A stretch of DNA of 64,000 nucleotides from Eledone cirrhosa (Eukaryota). The notes under the pieces are model-generated. The model searched no databases and was not told the origin of the DNA. It worked only from the letters and a program-made list of their open reading frames with translations. The stretch is from the NCBI GenBank assembly GCA_964016885.1, contig OZ024757.1, positions 33,790,001 to 33,854,000 on the forward strand, in the 5' to 3' direction. The translations under genes were made by a program, and so were the position numbers. Positions 52,315 to 64,000 of the stretch are shown here, one piece after another (position 1 is the stretch's first letter; every line of letters begins with the position of its first letter).

Positions 52315-55161
52315 CCAATACAATTTATGTACTCTCCCCACACATTATTCTTCTTCTAACCTTTTCTCTGTAATTCACTTTTTACTAATGAAGGACTAAT
52401 GCCTGATATGTTGAAAAAAAATTTTTTCCTCTTCTATAAAGTATTTCATTGTCCTTGGTGCGTTGCTTCTTTTTAACTTGAACCTTATATACATCTACCT
52501 ACATACACACATCATCATCATCATCACCGTTTTACGTCCGTTCTTCCATTCTAGCATGGGTTAGACGGGTTGTCCTGTTGTGGGCAGTGTCTGGTCGGCT
52601 GACCATGCCTTGCTCATACAGGAACTGATTCTGGCTTGATTTCTACAGCTGGATGCCCTTCCTAACACCAGCCTCATTTACAGTGAGTGCTGGGTGCTTT
52701 TTTCCGTGGCGCCTACACGACCACTTTACAGTGTGGGCTGGGTGCTTTTTTGCCATGGCACCTCCACGACCACTCACAAATACTTATATATTTATATATA
52801 TATATACACATGTTGGACGTGTAAAAGACTCAGAAAAAAAAGCACCCAGCGCACACTGTAAATGTGGTCGGAGTTAGGAAGGGCATCCAGTCATAGAAAA
52901 CCAGCCAGAAACACCCCTATATGAGCGAGACATGGTCACCCGACCCAACTTGCCTCTAATTGGGATAAACCAATTCTAACCCATGCTAGCGTGGAAGATA
53001 GACATTAATTGATGATGATGATGATGATGTAAATACATGCATACATACATATACATACATACGCGTACATACACATACATACACACACATGTAAATACAT
53101 GCATACATATACATACACGTACATACACATACATACACAAACATGTAAATACATGCATACATACATATACATACATACACGTACATGTAAATACATGCAT
53201 ACATATACATACATACACGTCCATACACATACATACACGCACATGTAAATACATGCATACATACATATACATACATACACGTACATGTAAATACATGCAT
53301 ACATATACATACATACATATACACACCTCCAAAATGGCTGACTGAATACACACATTTTTTTTCAGAAACTTCTTTTCTGTTCCTTCTTCTTCTTCTCACT
53401 CTATCTTTCTATTTCATCTTTTATTTCCAATGAAGGACTAGTGTCTGATATGGAAATACTCTTTTTCTACTATATCAAGCGTTAAACTAATATATTTCTT
53501 CATTGTACTGTGTTGTTTGCTTTGTTGTTTCCTTTTACTTTTTGCATATATATATATATTTATACATATATATATATATATATATACACATACACATATA
53601 TATATACACACACACACACAATATTTATGAAAATCATTGATATTAACTCAACAATCTCCAGCCAATGTCTGCTGGATTGCAGTAATGCCACTGGAACCAA
53701 GTAATGCCACTGGAACCAGCAGTTCAGATTGCACACATTTTAGTTAATAGCAAGTATATTGGCTGTGTGTATATATGATATATGTATATATATATGTATA
53801 TATATATATATCAGACCCATGGTAGCGTGGAAAATGGACGTTAAACGATGATGATGATGATATATTAGGTGCATGGCTTAGTGGTTAGAGCATTGGGCTT
53901 GCAATCGAAAGGTTGTGAGTTCAATTCTCGGACCAGGTGATGTGTTGTTTCCTTGAGCAAGACACTTTATTTCACATTGCTCCAGTTTACTCAGCTGTAG
54001 AAATGAGATGATAAGACTAGGTGCCACGGCAAAAAAGTACCCAGCACTCACAGTAAATGAAGTTGGTGTTAGGAAGGGCATCCAGCTGTAGAAATCAAGC
54101 CAGTATCAGTTCCCGCAAGACATGGTCAACCGACTGGACACTGCCCACAACAGGGCAACCTGTTTAACCCATGCTAACGTGGAAGAACGGACGTAAAATG
54201 GTGATGATGAGGATGATGATATAACGGATTTCACATCCATCAACAGAAGGGCTTTCTGAGAGGAAAGAGTTGTGTTGCAGAAGGACAACACGTGGCCTTC
54301 GTTGTTTCCCGTGTGCATATTAAATCGCTTCCAAGGTAACTCTATCTCGTGTTAACATATATATACACTATTAATATATATATATATATATCGTGTTAAT
54401 ATATATATATATATACTGTCGTAAAAGTTAGGTGGGTTTACATGTATATGTATGGGGGGGGGATATGATGGTACATGTATGTGTGGATATAAGAGGGTAC
54501 ATGTGTGTGTGTGTTGATATGAGCAGGTACGTGTGTGTGTGTGGGTATGAGAGATTATATGTGTGTATGTCTGGATATGAGAGGGTACATGTGTGTGTGT
54601 GTTTGAAGATATGAGAGGGTAAATGTGTGTGTGTGTGTGTAAATATGAGAGGGTACATGTGTTTGCATGTATGGGTAATTGTATATATATGTGTAAGAGG
54701 GTGCATGTGTGGGTAACTGTATATATCTGTGTGTGTTTGTGTAGACGTATGTATATGTGTTTGTGCATGTTTATATATACATGTGTGTATATATGCATGT
54801 ATATGTGTATATATATATGTGTGTGTGTATACATGTGTATGTGGGTACATATGAGTATATGTGTATGTGCATGTGTGTATATATACATGTGTATATACAC
54901 ATGTGTATATACACATGTGTATATACATGTATGTATATATACGTGTGTATATATACATTTGTGTATATGTGTAATTGACACTTGTTATTTTTTAAAGGAA
55001 TTGACCTACATTTCTTTATCCAAGACAGTTGCATAACAACCTGTTTGACTGTGTATATATATGTATATATATATATGTGTGTGTGTATATATATATACAC
55101 ACACACACACACACATGATGATGGTATTGCTATTGATATATATATATATACACACACACAC

Positions 55162-55202
<41 letters not shown>

Positions 55203-55236
55203 CACACACACACATATATATTGATATATATATATA

Positions 55237-56463
55237 GGCCTTAAAGTTAACTTGTCTAAGACTAAAGTTCTAGTTTGTAGGAAGGAAAATAGGGCACTGG
55301 TCCCCTCTGGGAAATGGCCATGCTCAGTGTGTAGGAAAGGAGTAGGCAGAAACTCCATTTTATGTCCCAAATGCAAAGTATGGGTGCATAAAAGATGAAG
55401 TTGGATCACAGGTAAACTAACTAAGGATATAGATTTTATATGTGGGCAGTGCTCAGGTGCAATAAGTAGCAAGTGTCCACAGGATACTAGCTCCTTCCAT
55501 TGCCCAGATGGTTTTATAGAAATAGTGGACACCTTCCGTTACCTGGGTGACAAAATCAGCAGTGGTGGAGGGTGCTATGAAAGTACAGTAGCCAGAGTCA
55601 GAACGGGATGGAAAAAGTTCAGAGAGCTTATACCACTATTAGCCGCTAAAGGTTGTCTCTAAAAATGAAAGGCAGGTTGTATGATGCCTGCATACGAACA
55701 GCAATGTTACATGGCAGTGAGACATGGGCTTTGTGTGCAGAGGATATACGCAGACTGGAGAGGAACGAAGCTTACTTGCTCCATTGGATGTGTAATAGTA
55801 ATATACGTGAACGACAAAGCATAAATGAACTAAGTGAGAAATTAGGAATAAGAGGGATCAGATGCTGTTTACTCGAGAGAAGACTACGTTGGTATGGTCA
55901 TGTGATGCGCATGAAAGACAACAGCTGTATAAAAAAAGTGCAGGGTGATCAAAATTGATGGAAGCTAAGGAGTAGGCAGACCCAGAAAAACCTGGGACGA
56001 TTTGATAAATTCCGACCTTACACACTTACACCTCTCCAAGACAATGTCACTGGACCGAGACCTTTGGCGCTACGCAGTAATACAGAAGACCCGCCTTGCC
56101 TAAGTACAAAGCAAAACCTACAGTCAGTAGGCACCTCTTAACCAAAAATACACCACCATCCCACTACCCCTACCCCTCACCCCCATCTACATCACCCCTT
56201 TCTCAGTCCTAAATAAATGAGGTTGTGTAGGTGTCACAACAAAAAAAAACAACACAGTCCATGCTATAATGTAGCCGTGTAGGTAACACGGTAAAAACCT
56301 CCTAGTCCACACTGTAAACGTGGTTGGTATTAGGAAGGGCCTTCAGCTGTAGAAAACCTGCCAGACAGTCCTATATGAGCAAGACAACCAATCTTGCCTC
56401 AAGTGGGACAATTCCCGTCTAAACCCATGCTAGCATGGAAGATAGACGTTAAACGATGATGAT
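55237..56463 (+). mobile_element. Degenerate RTE LINE (same family), 5'-truncated
   Basis: GLKVNLSKTKVL, GKWPCSVCRKG, LHGSETW with stops and frameshifts; 3' UTR and (GAT)n tail. Confidence 0.9.
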
Positions 56464-56718
56464 ATATATATATATATATATACACACACATACACACATG
56501 ATTATATATATATATTATACATACATATATTCACACACAATATATCTTACTCAATATATATATATATAGAGAGAGAGATATATATATAAATATATACATA
56601 CACACGTGTATATATATATACGCATATATATGTGTGTGTGTGTGTATATATATATATATCTAAATTTATATATATATATATATATATTTATATACATGCA
56701 CATACATACATATATATG

Positions 56719-56771
<53 letters not shown>

Positions 56772-56949
56772 TAATAATAATAAATTTGAAGACTAAAATC
56801 CAAAGAGGGCTCGATAAGGATAAATATATATCAAATATATAAGAACCGTAGAGCAAATATTTATTAAAATAACAGATTAGTTAGTTTCAGAAGATCCCAT
56901 TAAGGGTGAAAGCAGCGATTCTTTGCTTAAACTTTAATCTGTTATTTTA

Positions 56950-56980
<31 letters not shown>

Positions 56981-59536
56981 CTGGTTATTGGAATGGTAGC
57001 TGAATGATATGTATGTGGTATGTGTGAAACTTCAATACCTAGTCTCCTTGAAGCCATATTACTGTTCTTATCACTACATGGGATTCTTAATAGCCTTGAT
57101 AACCTTTTTATAAAACTGTAGGTTATAAATCTGCTGGGGTTATAATGTGCCAGTTCAACGTATATTGAAACATGTTACAAAACATATCTGTTAATCTATC
57201 TTTGTGGAAAACTGCGAACTAAATTAAGACCATGTTGATATAATGGTTTCTGTTTTAGGCACAAGGCCAACAATTTGGGGCGAAAGGGAAAATTGATTAA
57301 ATCAACCCCAGTGCATTACTGGTACTTTATTTTATCAACCTCGGTGGGATTTGAACTCAGAATGTAAAGGGTTATAACTCTGTGCCACTAAACATGTTGT
57401 CCAACACTCTACTGATTCTTCCAATACCAGATGGTCTTATATGACTGGTCCTTGGCCTGCAAACCACTTTCCTACTCATGTCTATTAGAGGGCAGGGTTG
57501 ACAATCAACAAGAGCCGGCCTTGCCAGTTTGAATGACTGTTTCAACGTCTCCCTCACTATATTCTGGGGCAGTGGTTCCCATAGTGGATTCCACTGAACC
57601 CAAGGGTTCTGCAAAGGAGTTTCTGGGGTTCCATAAAAAAAGGTAGAGGAGTATATTTATATTACAACCTTATAACAGTATTAGACTTTGGGGTTCCCCC
57701 AAAAGTTTCTGAACCAAAAAGGGTACTGCGTTTGAAAAAGTTTGGCAAACCCTACTCTGGGATAACATTTTCTCCATTCTGTTCTCTGTTAGGACCATGA
57801 GACACATTGCTACTGGAGTCCTGCCTGCTAGAGAACCTTCTCTGTCTGGGCCTGTATCATTGGGGTAGTGATGACTGAGTATTCTTTCTCATATCACAAT
57901 TTGTTGTTCAATTTCCTTCATTGTACTCATTCAAGTTAACCCTTTACCATTTACATTACACTATACTTACTATTATATTTTCATGGTAAATAGCTTTCCC
58001 TCACATAATCATCTCACATAATACTGAATTTATGAGATTTTGATATTATTTATTTTGAGAACAATACCTTAACAGTAGTATGAGTGGCCAGTTATGGCTG
58101 GTTTGAACAGAAAGAGGTGAGAGAATTCTAGTTGGATATTTCAGTTTTGTAATCAACAGAATAGCCTCTTCATGAGATTGATGTGTAAGTAACTGAGCAT
58201 TCCACAGACACGTGTACCTTTAATGTATTTCTATCATAATGAATCATAGAACAAGGTAAATCGAGTGAATAATCATTGGTCACATGACCTTCACCTCTGC
58301 TGACTGCACCATCAGATTATCAACCGACCAATAAGCAATGTCTTTTTCATCCAATACTAATTACTTTAATTACTCATCATGTACTAATCACTTCCGAGCC
58401 CCAATTGGTCATCCATATCAATTTGTCTTGTTTTGTTGTTTTTATTTTACTAGGATTTTTTTCAACACACTGACATGTATGTATGTGTTTGTGTGTGTGT
58501 GTGTGTGTATATATGTGTTTGTGTGTGTGTGTGTATGTATATATGTTTGTGTGTGTATATGTGTTTGTATGTGTGTATGTATGTTTGTGTGTGTGTATGT
58601 ATATATATGTTTGTGTGTGTGTATGTATATATGTTTGTGTGTGTGTGCATGTATATGTGTTTGTGTGTGTGTATGTATATATGTTTGTGTGTGTATGTAT
58701 ATATGTTTGTGTATGTATGTGTGTTTGTATGTATATATGTGTTTGTGTATGTATGTGTTTTTGTGTGTGTATGTATATATGTTTGTGTGTGTGTATGTAT
58801 ATGTGTTTGTGTGTGTGTATATATATGTTTGTGTGTGTATATGCATACATTTATATGTATGAGTATATAAATATAAACGTGCAAACACAGACACACTTAG
58901 AAAAATACACACTCACAGACATACATTCACACAAACACACATATTTGCACGCAAACACACACATACATTTACACAAACATACACAAACACACAGCACAGC
59001 AAATGGAACGCCCTCCGCTGCTTTGTTATAGTTTTTTAACCATCCCCTTCCTTCCTTTTACACACACATACATTCACACAAACGCATATACATTTACACA
59101 AACACTCACAACGCAAACACACAGCATAGCAAATGGAACGCCATCTGCTGTTTTGCTATAGTTTTTTCACGATCCCCTTTTACACACACATTGTGTCACA
59201 GACAAAAGGAAGTCACTCAAATTTATATAGAGATTTGATGTTTTTTTTCATGTTGTTGGTGTTGTGTTTTTTTAATATTTTTGTTGTTATTGTTGTTTGT
59301 AAATTAACAGAATTGTTAGAGCATCTAATAAAATAGTTTGTGGTATTCATTCTGGCTCTCTGCACTGTGAGTTCAAGTCCTGCCAATGTCAAGTTTGTTT
59401 TTCTTCCTTTCCAGCTCAATAAATAAAGTACCAGTCATGTACTGGGTCCTATTCTTATAGGGTAGGGCGGTGGATTGGCTGAATTGGTTGAGCATTAGCT
59501 GAAACACCATTGCCTGGCCAATTGGTTGTGCCATAC

Positions 59537-59623
59537 CTTGCTAAAACGGACGCACACACACATATGTATATATATACAGACAGTTGAAAATTGCAAACTC
59601 GACCGTCACCACATATCATGAAC
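59537..59623 (-). CDS. Candidate signal-peptide exon of the receptor ([27 protein letters not shown])
   Basis: tcttcag acceptor, ATG at 59619, aag|gtatgg donor, hydrophobic stretch ending VLA. It ends in phase 2, so it needs an intermediate exon. Partly microsatellite-like. Confidence 0.3.
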
Positions 59624-59829
59624 CTGAAGATTGCGAAAGCATGAAAGTACTTGTTCAATTAACACTTAGAATTTAATATTCTATCATACTATTTCATTAT
59701 AATACCATTATATATATTTTAAAGGATTGTAAATAAAACGAGTAAATCAGACAAAGTTGGAATTCCTCTTATTAATATAATCTTCTATACACAATCATAC
59801 ACACCCGTGTATATTTACCTATCTATATC

Positions 59830-59862
<33 letters not shown>

Positions 59863-59924
59863 GTATATGTATATAGGTATATAGATACATATATATATAT
59901 ACATATATATATATATACATATGA

Positions 59925-59964
<40 letters not shown>

Positions 59965-60439
59965 ATATATATGTGTGTGTATATATATATATGTATATAT
60001 ATATATGTATATATGTATATATATGTGTGTATATATATATATATATGTGTATATATATATATATGTGTATATATATATGTGTGTATATGTGTAAAGGTCG
60101 GAAGGGTGCAAAACGTGTCCTCCGCTGTTCGTTGTTCTGAATATCTGAGGTATTCAGCAGAGCGCGCGCGAAATGGGGTCAGGCAGAGGTCAGCGGCCAA
60201 AGTAGTTCTTTCAATTGTGGGAAAGGGGTGGCGCTAGCTGTCAGTCCATAGTATTCTCTGCCTGTTTGGTGAATGTTACTGTGTGTGTGTTGTTGTCTCG
60301 CTTGAGTGTGTGTGTGTTGTTGTCTCGCTTGAGTGTGTGTGTGTTGTTGTCTCGCTTGAGTGTGTGCGTGTGTGTGTTGTTGTCTCGCTTGAGTGTGTGC
60401 GTGTGTGTTGTTGCCTTGTTCCTCTGTTATCCTTTCTTG

Positions 60440-60850
60440 TGTCGTGATCCATTTGATGCAGGCACTTCAACACCTCCTCGGAGCTGTTAACGTGTCCCGG
60501 CAAGGTGTCTAAGATGGGTTTGAGTATTCTGGCTCGGAGCCATGAAATTTTGTAGAGTGGTCCTTCCACGCTCGATACAATGGGCCTGATCTTCAGGCCG
60601 GGTCCCTGTTTGTGTGTTTTCATGAGGTGGTAGAAGGCGGGTAGTCTGCTGTTCCTCGTGAGGAGGTTGTATCTCAGCTTCTTCGGGAGCTTCCGCCGGT
60701 CGCAGATGTTTGTCCAGGCGGCGTTGATGTGTTCTTCTATCTGCGCGGGATTGATTCCCGTGACCTTGGAGTAGAGGTTGTCATTGTCAAGGTGTTGGAG
60801 GGCCAGGGTGTTGTAGGCCTCTCTGCTGATGACGCAGAATTCTTTTCCCT

Positions 60851-60852
<2 letters not shown>
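60440..60852 (-). mobile_element. Penelope-like element reverse transcriptase N-terminal fragment
   Basis: Open frame KGKEFCVISREAY...LPAFYHLMKTHKQGPGLKIRPIVSSVEGPLYKISW matches the PLE DKG ... Y-x-L-x-K-x-H-K ... RPIVS signature; GC-rich relative to the window. Confidence 0.85.
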
Positions 60853-60881
<29 letters not shown>

Positions 60882-61667
60882 GTGTATATATATATGTATA
60901 TGTGTATATATATATGTATGTGTGTATATGTGTTATATATATTCTGTTGGTATTGGACCTCCATCATTTGAATCAATCAACAGAACAGGCTGCTCACGAA
61001 ATCCACGTGTAAGTGGCTGAGCATTCCACAATGTATCATTAATGTAGTTCTTAGTAAGGTTCAGCATGACTCCACCAATTCACTGTCTACACCAAAGGAC
61101 TAGAGAACGTGTTATATAGCTATAGGTTGGCCTAGTAGCCTACTAAAACAGTTGGTCTTCTCTACTTTATATCTCTTCCTGTAGTAATTACATATAGAGC
61201 AGAGAGACTAATAGACTGGCATAGAGATGATAAATATAGGTGATGGTGATGGTGATGATGGTAGTGTTGTTGGTGGGGATAATAGTGGTAGTGTTGTTGG
61301 TGGTTGTGATAGTGATGTTGGTGGGGATATTGGTGGTAGTGTTGTTGGTGGTTGTGATAGTGTTGTTGGTGGGGATAATAGTGGTAGTGTTGTTGGTGGT
61401 TGTGATAGTGATGTTGGTGGGGATAATAATTGTTTCTACCTTTGGTGCAAGGCCAGCAATATCCCCAGTACATTACTGGTACTTTATTTTATCAACCCCG
61501 TAAGGATGAAAGGCAAAGTTAACCTCGGCGGGATCTGAACTCAGACCGTAAAGGGGCGTAACTCTATGCTGCAAAGCATGATATCCGACCCTTTACCAAT
61601 GCTGCCAATCCACCGCCCTGGTGGGGATAATAATGATGGTAGTGTTGTTGGTGGTTGTGATAGTTAT

Positions 61668-62135
61668 GATAGACTCCAGTTGTCGAACAGACATTTACAG
61701 AATGTATGTACAGATGTAGACACCAGTTGTTCAACAGACATGAACAGAATGTATATACAGATGTAGACACCAGTTGTTCAACAGACATTTACAGCATGTA
61801 TGTACAGATGTAGACACCAGTTGTTCAACAGATATTTTGTACAGATGTAGACTCCAGTTTTTTAACAGAATGTGTATACAGATGTAGACAACAGTTATCT
61901 AACAGATGTTAACAGATATTTTGTATAGACTCTGACACATTTTTTTAACAGGTGTTAACAGAATGTGTACAGATGTAGACACCAGTTGTACAATAGACAT
62001 TTACAGAAACAGACACCAGTTGTTCAACAGATGTTAACAGGAAGTGTGTGCAGATGAAGACACCAGTTGTTCAACAGATGTTAACAGGAAGTGTGTGCAG
62101 ATGAAGACACCAGTTGTTCAACAGATGTTAACATA
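61668..62135. repeat. Degenerate ~43-bp minisatellite
   Basis: Recurrent acagatgtagacaccagttgttcaacaga. Confidence 0.85.
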
Positions 62136-63318
62136 TAATGGAGGCACATGGCTTAGTGGTTAGAACATTGGCCTTGCAATCGAAAGGTTGTGAGTTCAAT
62201 TCTCAGACCGGGTGATGTGTTGTTTCCTTGAGCAAGACACTTTATTTCACATTGCTCCAGTTTACTCATATGTAGAAATGAGATGATAGGGACTGGGGTC
62301 CATATCATTCCACTGCAAAGTGGTCGTGGAGGTGCCACGGCAAAAAAGCACCCAGCACTCACTGTAAATGAGGTTGGTGTTAGGAAGGGCATCCAACTGT
62401 AGAAATCAAGCCAGAATCAGTTCCCGTCCCACCCTTGCAAGCAGGGAAAAGTGGACGTAAAATGAAATGATGATGATGATGATATATGATAATGCAAATC
62501 ATCATCATCATTTAACGTTCGTCTTCCACACTAGCATGTATATATCATGATATATATATACATATTATGTTGGTACCACAAAACACCCAGCCCACACTGT
62601 AATATGGTCAAGTAGGTGTCACAACAAAATGCACCCAACCCACACTGCAAAGTGGTCGTGTAGGTGTCACAACAAAAAGCTCCCAGCCCATACTCTAAAG
62701 TCATTGTGTAAAAGACAGCAAAAAGCACTCACTGTAAATGTGGTTGGTGTTAGGAAGGGCATCCAGCCATAGAAAACCAGCCAGAAACAGTTCCAAATGA
62801 GCAAGACATGGTCACTCGACCAAACTTGCCTCTAAATGGTACAAACCAGTCTAACCCATGCTAGCGTGGAAGACGTTAAATGATGATAATGATACATACA
62901 TTCATGCATGTATTCACACACACACACACATATATATATAAAGAATTTGAAGTTTGAAAGCCACAACATTGCAGATTGGATGGATAAATAATTAAGTCGT
63001 AAGAAACGAGAAGTGTGTTTTTACCTTAACTTATTCATATGACCTGATATTTCGAGATCAATATATCATCTTCCGAGGAAAATAAAGGAACTATTCCAGT
63101 GTCTGATGCAGCTATCATCATCATCATGTAACGTCTGCTTTTTCTGCTAACAAAAGTTGTATGATTCTACATAGACCAAGTCAGTCTGTATCCTGCTTAC
63201 GTATGGTCATATGAGTGCAGAGGAAACGTTGTGTCTTTTGACACAAACTGAAGGGTCTTCCTAACCCCTTGTTTGGCAAGCTTCCTATGGCTGGATGCAT
63301 ACACACATATCCACCCAT

Positions 63319-63391
<73 letters not shown>

Positions 63392-63600
63392 TTTATTTAT
63401 ATTTATATATATACATACATATATTTATTTATTTATATATATTATATATATATATATATTTATTTATTTATATACATGCATATGTATGCATGTATATATA
63501 TCTGCGTGTGCATGCAAAAAGTAAACAGAAAACAACACAGCAGAATGATACAGTACAAAAATATATATTAGATTAAAGCTTGATATAGTAGTAAAAAAGT

Positions 63601-63634
63601 CTTAACGTTTCAGATGTTTGTCTTTCATCAGAAG
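63601..63634 (-). ncRNA. Minimal Penelope-type hammerhead motif with palindromic stem III
   Basis: Minus strand CUU-CUGAUGA-A-AGA-CAAACA-UCU-GAA-ACGU-U-AAG. Confidence 0.6.
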
Positions 63635-63723
63635 ATAGAATGAGAAATAGCAGGAGAAATAAAAAGTGGAAAATGAGAAGAAAAAAATATTTTTTGGTGG
63701 GTGGCATGGAGGATATATTAATG

Positions 63724-63757
<34 letters not shown>

Positions 63758-63758
63758 A

Positions 63759-63930
63759 TGAGATTCTACAGGAATAGAACTGTTTCATTCTTTCGAAATC
63801 ATCAGACGATTTCTAAAGAATGAAACAGTTCTAGTCCTGTAGAATCTCCTCTATATTAAAACTTTTATACTCTGCTATGTATTGAGTACCTTACTTACTG
63901 TGGTTACCTCCGAATCAACCCGGAATAACT
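63759..63930 (+). mobile_element. Penelope-like pseudo-LTR fragment (second family)
   Basis: gagattctacagga.tagaactgtttcattc...gaatgaaacagttctagtcctgtagaatctc hairpin; tail shared with 50286-50475. Confidence 0.6.
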
Positions 63931-64000
63931 TACCTATATATATATAGATATGTGTGTGTGTATATATATGTATGTGTATATATATATATGTGTGTGTGTA

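Overview
This is eukaryotic, AT-rich DNA saturated with microsatellites and retroelements. Its repeat content (tRNA-head SINEs with (ATG)n/(ATT)n tails, RTE LINEs, TTAA MITEs) looks like an octopus/coleoid cephalopod genome; that taxon call is inference. One host gene can be spliced by hand on the minus strand: seven in-frame GT-AG exons (18863->5251, 1298 nt, ~432 codons) encoding a Cys-loop ligand-gated ion channel of the nicotinic acetylcholine receptor family. The signal-peptide exon is not securely located; candidates lie at 59537-59623 and 27268-27313. The subunit keeps the alpha-type YxCCxxxY loop C and the cation-selective -1' Glu. It has lost the loop B Trp (GSW->GSM) and the K145/D200 pair, and it has an unusual M2 pore (9' Met, 14' Gln, 16' Asn), so it may not be gated by acetylcholine. 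Upstream of the confirmed exons are two related 3.2-3.8 kb palindromes carried by a local segmental duplication that landed inside a MITE. The window also holds Penelope-type hammerhead ribozyme motifs, one in sense orientation inside an intron, a Penelope RT fragment and a 29-copy 35-bp minisatellite. Most ORFs in the supplied track are microsatellite translations.
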